Shown one piece after another: positions 48,671 to 59,774 of a stretch of DNA of 64,000 nt; within the stretch, counting starts at the first letter, position 1; every line of letters starts with the position of its first letter. Source of the stretch: Asterias rubens (Eukaryota); NCBI RefSeq assembly GCF_902459465.1, contig NC_047082.1, positions 8,246,001 through 8,310,000 of the forward strand. The letters are read 5' to 3'. The notes below the pieces were generated by a model. The model was not told where the DNA came from. It saw only the letters and a list, made by a program, of their open reading frames with translations, and made no database searches. Position numbers and translations under genes: made by a program.

Positions 48671-51600
48671 CATCCAATGGGTGCCTGCTAAACTTTAGCT
48701 GTTCACCTAATGTAGTGACTTTAAAGCTAATGGTGTTACTAAACGCTTTTGATGAACTTTCCACAATTGAAGAAACATCGGATGCGTTCAACTACTCAAA
48801 CAAGCTGCTGGAGGGCGCCCTACTGCTGAAGCCACTTAAAGGGGCACGTTGCCTTGGTTTGGTAAGGTCGGTCTATGAAAACAAATTGAAACCGTTTGTC
48901 ATGAAATGCATGGTTAGAAAGATGTTTTAAAAGTACAATATAATGATCAAGACAAGTGTGCCTCGGAAATGCGAGGTTATTACTTTGCGAACTACCACGA
49001 TCGGCCATTTTGTTGAGGCGAAAATTTGGAAAAAACCTCAAATCTTTGAAAAACTGTTTAAACATCTTTCTAATAGTAGCATTTTACAACAAACGGTTTG
49101 AAACGGTTTTCAAAGACCAACTCGCCCGATCCAAGGCAACGTGTCCCTTTAATAAGGGGGGGGGGGCATCTTAAGGCCATGTCCGAGTTTGCGGCTGAGG
49201 TTATGGCTATGGCTTAGCTAAACTGAATTGCTATTGACCAGGACCCAATTTCATAAAGCTGCTAAGCACAGAAATTGGCTAAGCATGAAATTTCTTCCTC
49301 AATAAAAACAAAATCACCAACCAAATTTCCATTTGTTGCATATTGCTTGTACTGGTATTCAGCTGTTGTTTGCTTATACCGAAAATCACATTGAAATTTG
49401 GTTGGTAATCCTGTTTCATTTCTCAGGTTATCAAAATGCTACTCTCTGAATGTAAAAGAGTGAAAAAGCACTCTTTGAAGAGCCATATGAAGGACAACTC
49501 TTTTTCGAGTGGTCTTCCACTCTTTTAGATTAAAGTTTGCATCTTTTTAAGTGATTTTTCACTCTGTCCTGGACAGCTCGAAAGGTAAAGAGCGGTGTTG
49601 TTCACTCTTTTAGTGCAAGCAAAACTTTTAAAAGAAATGCTTGCTTGCCAACACTTTATGAACTTTGAAATTTATAGTCCAAAAAGTGTTTGCTTGCCAT
49701 CACTTTTTGTTTAAAGATCATTGTGTCAAAATTTGTTGATATTAAAATCACTAAACCTGACAAGAATTTTGCCACGAATTGTCACATGTTTGAGACGAAA
49801 TTCGATGACTTTAGTTTGATGAGTGAAAATGTCAACAATAACAAGTTTGATTACAGGGGAAGATTTATAACAAAATTTAACTTAAGTCATCTAATTTTGT
49901 CTGATACATGTGACAATTCGTGGCAAGAAAAGTTCAGGTTTAGTGATTTAAATAACAATAAGTTTTGACACAATAGAACATTGTAAATTATAGTAGAACA
50001 TTAAGTTATTGCCCTTGCAGTACATTTCTCTACATTTCTTGTATTGTTTATTTACAATAGTTTATTTGACACTATAGCAAACCCCAAGTTAGCATTATTT
50101 ATAAAACTAAGAGAGGATTGCGGCAGCACCATGTGAATATCTCTTTTGAGTTTCGCGGTGGTTTTTCAAACACCAAAAAAAAAAACTGGTTAACAACTCA
50201 ACTTTTTTTCGATCAATGTTATGCTCTGTTTGTCCTCTCTTCAGTTTTAAATTAAAACTACAACAACAAAACAAAGCCAAGACAAAAACAAAATCAAGAA
50301 CTCATCGAATTTGTTGCATTATAATTTTAATTTATTCTAATTTATTTATTTTAATTTATCCACTGACACCAATATTTAAATACCTCCACCTTTGAATTTT
50401 TATTTAATTAGTTTAAATAAAGTTCTACAAATGCAAATGTTTGATCGCAGTCATTATTGACACATGATTACTGTGTTTACTTGTTTCGCATTTTGTGTAA
50501 TGTAATATTGTGTTAATAGTAATTAAAATACATCATTTGTAAGGCACAAGATTGTTAATATTTTGTTTTTCTAACATTCTGGTCTAACCATAACATATTT
50601 AATCTTGATGAAACACAGGCGATGTATTAGATGGTTCTTTCTATTTATTTATAAATCTTTAAAACACTTTGAGGCTGTTTTCCAATTTGTATCCTGATTC
50701 GTATAATTGTAAATTTACTATTAAAATAAAGGCGTGGTTTTCTTTGATTATTACTCCACAAATTAATGAGTGTGAAAATTCACTTAATAATGAGCACATG
50801 AAAGCTGTTATTAATAAAACATAGAAACGACTACTTGAAGTAATGTAGTTTTTTAGAATAAGGGGTAAGTGTTAAACCCCCCCCCCAAAAAAAAATAAAA
50901 AAATAAAATATGAATCTCAAATAAAGGAATGAGACACGAAGCCTTTTGTAAGGCATCTAGAAGCACACATTCTCTGTAACATTTTGGTTTTTGTTTCCTT
51001 TTTAAATTTGGTGGCAAAATGGTATGACCAAATGAGCCCAAATTTTACAGGTTTTTTATAATCTGTTTTCATGTTGCGATACATCAAGTGAGGACTGGTC
51101 TGTTGCCATTTAATACTTAAAGTATATCCTGTCTTTAAATGGGGCTGTATAGTCTGCTTCATGTTAAATAAGACCGCGATAACCTAAGGAAAATAAATGC
51201 TAGAGCTTTTAAGGACTACAGAACCAAAACAAAAATTAATTATCTCACATATTGAAGTCGGAATCAATAAGCAAGGATCCGTAGAATCTCGTAGCGAAGA
51301 TAACCTTCATGTTTAATCATCATACACAGTTGTTTCGCTGATGAGAATCAAAGAAATATTTAATATTAAAAATAATGTCTTAAATAAATCACTCTTGAGC
51401 CCGGTTCATATCATACTTCACGCAAAGCGAATGCAGAGCAACTGTTGGTGATTTAACTAACAATCAATACGCGCTGTTTTGGTCGCCAAGTAAAATTCGC
51501 TTCTTATTCCGATTTCGCTTGAAGTATGAACCGGACTTTAATCGCCATCAAAAATCGGGGAAAAAACAACTAATTTTGAACAGATCTATGAGTGGAAAGG

Positions 51601-52382
51601 TACATAAATAAATAAAACTTTTTTACCATTAGCAACCCCCTCCCTTTGTCTCTTTGCGCCATGTGATACTTTGAAACACTAGGTGTCAGCAGACTGACGG
51701 GTTAATTTCCATTGTTTACGCAGTTCAAAGCATGCGCACATTACCGAGAAAAATGAATATACCTGGCAAGTCTGCTGCCACCTAGCGTCCCAGAAGTCTC
51801 CCATGTGATCGGTCAGACTAAGGCCAATTTATAGTGGCTACATCAGCTATCAGCTGTGGCTAGTGCTATGGCTTTGACAATTACCAATAGTGTCCACTGC
51901 CTTTTAAAGCCTCATTACTCACCCCATTCTGGTGTCGAATTCAGCTTTGCTACAGGTCGACCATTCCGTAGCTCCTAGCTCGGCAGTGGACACTATTGGT
52001 AACTACTCAAAATAATTATTAGCATAAAACCTATCTTGTTGACGAGTAATGGGGATAGATTGATGGTATAAAACATTGTGAGAAACGGCTCCCTCTGAAG
52101 TGCCATAGTTTTCGAGAAAGAAGTAATTTTCCACGAATTTGATTTCGAGACCTCAGATTTAGAACTTGAGGTCTCGAAATCAACCATCTAAACGCACACA
52201 ACTTCGTGTGACAAGGGTGTTTTTTTCTTCTTTCGTTATTATCTCGCAATATCGATGACCGATTGAGCTCAAATTTTAACAGGTTAGTTATTTTATGCAT
52301 ATGTTGAGATACACCAAGTGAGAAGACTGGTCTTTGACAATTACCAATAGTGTCCACTGCCTTTTAAAGCCTCATTACTCAC

Positions 52383-55300
52383 CCCATTCTGGTGTCGAAT
52401 TCAGCTTTGCTACAGGTCGACCATTCCGTAGCTCCTAGCTCGCCCCCTACCGTCATGATAAAGCCACTCCTTGGGCAAGTGTTGTCCGCTCCATCGTGTC
52501 TCATGCCAAGACTAGAAGTAAATAAAGATCATTACTTTTTCCCTTTTAGAGGAATTTTATAGAGTGGATAAGATAAAAACTCGTCTAAGATCACAGATTC
52601 ACACTTAAACGGTCTAATGACATCCATATTTGGGCGGCTGACATTGAAACTGAAGATGATAATATTTTTTAAACTGGTTCGTTATCAAAAGGACACTTAT
52701 AGGCTATCACCTTATAATTGCTTCGTAAAAGTATGTGACGTACTGCTTTCGGCTCTACCAGCCTGGCTTCTGATGGATGATACCCAAGCCTACATCCGTT
52801 GGCCTACATCCGTTTGGACTCAAACGGGGTAACCATGTTTCAGCCTCAGGAGTACATGTAGGTGGCAGCGGGGCCTGTAATTGATTATAGCCCACACTTT
52901 GGCCTTCAGGCTTTGTGTGTCTGCTGGAGACTTGCATATAAAAAAGAAAATATATTAAAACAAATAATTATTTCTGGGTCATGTGACACACAAATGGGTC
53001 AAGCCAACCCGACCCATACCGGATCAATTCTGACCCGGTTGAAGTTTTCTGAGTGAACTTACTTGTGTCCCAATTCATGGGCAGCTACTTCTGCAACTCC
53101 AGTATCCCATGTAGCGATTGCAACCGCCTTCAGATCGTAACCTCCTGCATTTATATGGGCAATCCCTTGGACGTGTCTGTCGCGAGCATCGAACATCTTT
53201 TTCCTGCACAACAAAAACAAGTTGAAAAAGTTTTTTTTTGTATTTATTTAAATGTTTGCAAACAATGAGATACATTTCTATCGTCAAGCTTGATATCACT
53301 TCGTACGTTGCAGCGTGGTCGTGGAACCTCCAGCTGTCGAAAACAAAAATCAGTAACACAGAAACAAACAGAGCCCTAATTGTCCCGTAAAAAAAAGTAG
53401 AACTGCGTTAAACAACACTGGGGGACTTTGGGGACACTAAGCGTAAGTAGACTTACCAGGTGAATAAATTGTTCTCGATGATGTGCACATGCTCAGCACT
53501 ACATGAAATCATATGGAAGTTGGATGGTAAGTCTGCTGCCACCTAGCGTTCCAAAGTCTCCCATTGAGATGTCATGAAACATCATAGTTTTTGGTTAAAG
53601 CGATCAAAATTACAACGGTTTGAGAGTTTCGAGCGGAAACTTAAAGTAATTATTTTAAGATACTTACCCGACCAAGTAAAGCGCGTTGTCCCAATGTTTG
53701 GGGTCGGCGTCATCCTCTACATTGCGAGACAACTGGTCATTACCGAGTTCCCTTAATGCCTTGTATGGGTTTGCAGGAACAGCAGGGCCCTGTCACATAG
53801 GGAAGAAAATGATATTAGTATAATCAAACACTAAAAGCGTAGTAGTATACACTCGTCACTTTTTACTTGCTGTTCATATTTTCTGTCGTCCTACGTAAGC
53901 TACTCTATGACAGTGCTGGGTCACTTTTAACCCAAAACTGAAAAGACTTTTGAAAGACACTGGACACTATTGGTTGTTACTCAAAATAATTGTTAGCATA
54001 GTCACTTACTTAATGACGAGCAATGGAGAGCTTTTGGTGGTATAGAATATTAGGACAAACAGCTCCATCTGAAGTAGATTTTGAGAAAGGGGTAATGTCT
54101 CACTCAAACCATAAATACTGAAGTCTTTTTTTAGGCATCTGAAAGCACACAAATGTGTCCACTAAAGGTATTTTTCTTTCATTATTCTCTGGTCTCCTTA
54201 AAAAAGGAGTGATTTCTTAATTGGCATTCTTAAACCGTTCTTACGTCACCGCCAAAGATGATCAGAGACACACATTTGAGTTTCAAGGTCGTCCCGAGGG
54301 ATGGTTTCTCCATGAACACTTTGATCTGGGTGAAGTAATAGCAAAATAAGGATTTACAAACAAGCAAAACACTTTGCTCTTACATTTTAGGGTAATTGGT
54401 GTTTGAAAGGCAACTAAATTTCCCTTTCTATCATTTTGACTCTCAGGCTCATTAAGCTGTTGTTTTATAATGATGTTTTGGGCTTTTTTAAAGGGATGTG
54501 GAATTCTATAATTTTTTAAAGAACATACATGACTTTTTATACGACCTAGAAAGACTTAGTCAGCTCAGAGTAAAAACGACTAAGACCCTCGTTACATTTA
54601 AGATAAATAAAGTACCACAATAGGTGCCCAATTTTATATACTTGCTTAAGTACAACAAGAAGCTAAGCACACAAAAATGCTAACCAGAATAAGGTTATCA
54701 TCAGCTAAATTACCGATTCACGTGTACAACCTGTGACTGGTATCCCTTTTTTTTCTTAGCAGTAAATTGCTAGGCATGAAGTTGGCACCTGGTCAATTAA
54801 CAATGAAGCGTTTTTATGATCACGTGATTCTTACCGCTTGAATAACCGTGAGAGTTGCAGCTTCTGTCTTGTCGCTGTTGTCATCTGTGACGAAAACTCC
54901 AAGCTCCAGTGTTTTTTGAGCTTCTTGATGGACCGTATTCTTTTTAGATGGAGACCTTACCCCTTGACTAAAATCCACTGTTGGGATTAGAAAGTAATAT
55001 TATTGAAAGAGGGGTGAGTATGCGTCCTACCTCAACACTTTAATAAATTGTGGCATTTTATTTAAAGGGATCATATCAATATGAATATTCATGACATTAA
55101 TTAATACACGGTATCAGATACAAACCAGAAGTGCCACAGTTAAAGGTGCGTCCCGATCTTTGTTTGTAGGCAACGTGAGCACGCCCTCTACTGTTGTCTG
55201 TATCATGGGTGAGTGGCTCGATAACCGTTGGCCCATTGGCATGGTAAACTATCGCATTCTGCAGGTAATGTGAGACAAAAGTAAGAATTAGTTGCTCTTT

Positions 55301-56653
55301 TTTAATTCTTAGTTCACAAGTGTAGTTGTTGAAAAGAAACCAATAATGTGTGACATTGTAACGCTAAGTGACAACAACGGATTGCCTTGACAAGACTACT
55401 GCCACCTAGTGTTCAATTTACTCGTATGTTTTACTTACCAGGCCGGAGCAGGTTGACAGACTAATCATAGAGTCTGGTTCCGACTCCACCTCCCCCGTGT
55501 AAAAGCAATCTGTGCGAACTGACAAAGGAACCGGTTGTCCATTCTCCTGAATCTTCTCTGCGTAAAAGTCTTCGGAGAAGAGGCTGGAGTCTTGGTGCAC
55601 GACCAACTTGAGGTTGTTACCAAAGGCGTCTATGTTTATATTGAGTGAATCTCCAACAATAGCATCGCTGCATATGCCTCGTGTCACGTCATCAGTTACG
55701 TACTTTGGGTAAATAATTTCATACTCGGGAGCTACGGATAAACAAAAACAAATAAGTAAAACAAGCAACAACAAGCAAATAATGTACCGCAGAAAAAATT
55801 CTATAATCAAGGGATACGATCTCAAGACCGACCCGTTCGTAATCATCAGGCCCTTTTCGAATCAACGGCTTCGGCTTTGGATTCGTTTTCCGGATCCGTT
55901 GTCAATCGAGGCCAAGCTAGCCTGAGCCGAAGCCGTGGTTTCGAAAAGGGCCCGAGAATAGCCGAATCTTACCATCGTGGAGATTGTCCACTCCGAATAG
56001 TTGCTTCAGCTCCGAGTCATGAAAATTATCCGCCAACTGTATCCAAAAAGAAATTGAAAAAGGGGATGAAATTAAATCATTTTGTGCTAAAGTAAAAGAT
56101 TCCGCCGAGAATTTAAAACACGCTCATTGCGAACATTATTATCCTATACACCAAGGGACTTTTCCAAACAAATTGTTTAAAACCCTACGATACACTCAAC
56201 TGTAGAGTCGTACTAAACTTTGGATTCGTTCAACTAAAAGTGATACTGCTGGTTAAGTTAAAATGACTGTCTTTTGAACTGCAGGATGATATGCAGAACT
56301 CAGCTGAAAACATATCATCTTTCAATTTCCCAAAAGTAAAAAAGAAGAGAAACTAAAACATTTGTAAATTGATCAGAACATGGTACTCAGAATTGTTGCA
56401 AGTAATATGTTTGCCAATTTTGCAAAACATAATGTGACAACCGTTTTTTTGACAAGGTGCAAACTTTGGAGAAATTTAAGCCAAAGAATAGACTATAATG
56501 TGTAGATTCGTTCCTCCTATTCGAATCTAGACTTTCTTGTCCATTCTCCCGAAAAGTTTGTTCCTTCAGCACACTCACCATAGGAGTACCGGCGGCAAAC
56601 GCCACTGATAGAAGAAAACTCAGTGCAGAATACATCATTCTTGAGTTCGTCAT
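52383..56653 (-). CDS. ADAMTS-type M12B (reprolysin) zinc metalloprotease: signal peptide, prodomain and catalytic domain (at least 393 aa; 3' end unresolved)
   Basis: Exons 56653-56579, 56036-55973, 55731-55439, 55258-55126, 54977-54835, 54325-54245, 53789-53668, 53203-53063 and 52511-52383 have consistent phases. Motifs: PEYEIIYP, CFYTGEV, LSTCSGL, IEPL, NCG (cysteine switch), LELGVFV, PSLG, HWDNAL, AAHELGHNLGMRHD, GFIM (Met-turn), WSTCS. Confidence 0.88.
53420..53565. mobile_element. Short MITE family (ctaggtggcagcagacttaccagg ... cctggtaagtctgctgccacctagcg)
   Basis: Inverted termini. Copies at about 37350-37485, 37640-37765, 46535-46662 and 51670-51805. Confidence 0.7.
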
Positions 56654-58971
56654 TACTTCGAGAGAGGATTCGTCTTCAGAAACTTCAATCTTCCGAAACA
56701 ATTGATTTGTATCGCGAAGTTGCTTCTTTTTAAATACTCTACCTAGGTCACGTGTACAAACACACAAGGGGAGTATAGCTTTTCACTCCTCGTTTTAATT
56801 GGTTCATAATAAACTAGAGGCGTGGCTATGGTTAAATGAGACTTACTATTGGTTGATGGGTTATGAGCTGATAATGGAAACAACCAATAAAACTAAGCAA
56901 TGTTCTCGTAAGTATTCTCATGAAGGTTCTATATACCATTAATGGAAGCAGGATGTAGGGCAAAGAACGTCTGAGACTCTTGACGTTTTGGCGGATCATC
57001 AGCGAGACTAGTTTCTTATTATGCCTTTTTAGAGACAACATAAAATATGTCACAAGGATATTTTTATTGGCATCCTTACTTTAGGTGTTCATTTTTGTTT
57101 TTCGTAATTATGTTTTATGATGGTTTATTTGAGAGGTTTATTATTTAGAGAGCGAATTAATTTTTCACGGGTTCTAATGTAAACTTGTTTATGTAGTGTT
57201 TGTTTTTCATTGAAATGTAATTTTTTATATTTTTTTTTCGTTGTTATTGCTCAATAGATAAGGGTCCCAACCTCAAGGTTTTGAAAAACTAGAAGCACTT
57301 TTGCCGTTGACGGCGTGAGTCAAAAATCCAATTCTTAGACAATTAGCCACGATGTCCAGTGCCTTTAACTAAATGCACAACACACAGAAGAGAACTAAAT
57401 ATCTCTCCACCGGGAAGCGTCTGGTGTATACCAGCACAATGGGAAATGCTTGTTGACATACTTATTAACCTTTTGCCTTTTGTTGGAAAGTGGGTTACAA
57501 AAAACCCGATGGAGACAGAAGATGTCGCATTAAATATAACTATTGGTGAAGTAGGCTTTTGACTATCGGCACCTTAATAACAAAATTACTATTGGTGCCG
57601 GAGGCGACACAATAAAACCAAATCAACAACACATTCATCCACTTGTTTTTGCAATGGTCTTGCAGTACACTTGACACACATTTGAAAACTGAGCTGTGAA
57701 TTTTTTTGATAAAGCTGGTATCTTTTATTTTCTATTTATTTGTATTTGTTTTAGTGTACTTTGTTGTATAACCTCGTGGACAGTTAAAGATATTTTGTTG
57801 ACGAGCGGTGGACATGGAAGGGGATTCGAAAGGAGAAGGGAAAGCGTGTTGGGTTCCAGCCCGCTGCAGCAAATGTGTGAAAATTACAACCAGACTAGAG
57901 TCCTGTTCGAAACGTTGGGACTCTACCGTTTTGTTGATAGAAAAACCTCTTCTCAGCAAATAGATTTTCTCGCGTTGTCTGTTCGCCTTAAACTCAATTC
58001 GCTCCGTTCTAATTTTGTGTCAACTATCTTTTTTATTTTTTATTTAAATGTTGTTATCGCATATATGCAATATGTTTCCTTGTGTCTGTGATGAATTTCT
58101 AGCTTAAGTTCGTAATTTGCGAACCAAATCTTACTTGGTTCACTATAAAGTATGGCTCGAAGCTGTATGTTTGTTGTCTGGAATAAAAAAATATATATAC
58201 AAAAATAGAGCTGGATTTTTGCCTTTGTCCGAGATTCAATGTGTGAATTTTTAGGGACTTTTTCTGTATAGAAAATAATTACTCGTGCGGGTTTGAACTC
58301 AATTGTGAACCCGGAAACTGGACTGCCGCAAGAGAACAGCTTAGTGCGATTGAACGTAGCCCTGCTTCACTGCTTTCTGCAGCCAATACCTAGGGTACAG
58401 AACAGGGCCCTGTATTCTAGAGCTGCTTAAAAGCACAAAAAGTAGCTAAGCACAACACAATATGCTTACCAGAAGAGGGTTAAAAGCTTCACTGTCAAGA
58501 GAGCGCTTTTGAGCACCTCATGAGGTGGATATTGCGCAACATAAACATTCCTTATTATTATTTATTATTATTGAAAAGAACTGTCCTGCTTTTTAAGACA
58601 TTTTTGACACTGTTGGTATTTTGTCAAAGACTAGTCTTCTCACTTGGTGTATCTCAACATATGCATAAAATAACAAACCTGTGAACATTTGAGCTCAATC
58701 GGTCATATAAGTTGGGAGATAATGAAAGAAAAACACCCCTGTCACACGAAGTTGTGTGCTTTCAAATGCTTGATTTTGAGACCTTAAATTCTGAGGTCTT
58801 GATATCAAATTCGTGAACTTTCTCGAAAACTACTCCACTTCAGAGGGAGCCGTTTCTCACAAAGTTTTATACTACCAACCTCTCCCCATTACTCGTTACC
58901 AAGTAAGGTTTTATGCTAATAATTATTTTGAGTAATTAGCAATAGTGTCCACTGCCTTTAAACTTCTACCT

Positions 58972-59110
58972 GGGTCGAAGGTAGAAATCGGCTGGGACTA
59001 CTACTTTAGCTTTATATGATCGTTATTAACTGCAGTTGCACTACCGCGGAGTGAGTTCTGAATTGGTCTGAACGTTTCGACTAGCTTGCTCTAGTCATCG
59101 TCAGGAGACT
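58972..59110 (-). mobile_element. Penelope-like element terminus carrying a minimal hammerhead-ribozyme-like core
   Basis: Minus strand reads agtctc-CTGACGA-t-gactag agcaag ctagtc-GAAA-CGTT-cagacc. A homologous copy lies at 10262-10409. Confidence 0.55.
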
Positions 59111-59774
59111 GATGAGGAAGAGATCTGACAGAAGTGGGCCCAATTTTTTTTATTCTTTGGCAAAAGTAATTTTAATTACTCAAAAGTTTTATATACGCCC
59201 TGTATCTGTTGTATGTATAAAAAAAAAAATAATAATAATAATAAAAAAAAAAAAAAATAATAATAATAATAATAAAAATAGAAAAGAAAGTGTTTTCTGA
59301 CAACCATAGGGGAATGCGTCATACTTTAGTCTTACAAACACCCGTTTTTGCTCTGTTAAGGTACTTTATGTACACCCAGGCGATCCCATTGAAAGTGGGT
59401 CCCCTTTGTGACGTCATGCTCTGTAAACACACCTCCGAATGCAGTTCCATTGAAAGGCAACAGAGCATAACATTCTTTACCATGTAAATCTCTCTCGTGA
59501 CTAATAATAGACCCGTCCTTGTCAAGCAGCTATGGGCAGTCAAGTTATGAATAATGTTTTGATGATAGAATGACTAAATTACTCCGTCAAATTATGAGTT
59601 TGAACTTGGTACTGTTCCCGTTGGTAGTTTTCAGGACTAGATCTGTCGATAGCGATCGAATTCGATAAATAGCAACAAGGAATTTATACTGTCCTCCCTG
59701 TCGTCTGACTTGTTTGTGTTGTGAAGTGACTGAGTTGTGAGACTTAGCTCTGGTGTGGCATGAGAGCGTCCAAC

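Noticed and set aside
51270-51336. Candidate terminal protease exon reading RNNCVYD*
   Set aside because: That frame needs a phase 0 junction, but the preceding donor is phase 2. It is left unresolved.
53274-53333. Possible extra protease exon (FHDHAA...)
   Set aside because: Exon 53789-53668 already supplies the HWDNAL motif and joins 53203 in phase, so this segment is not needed.
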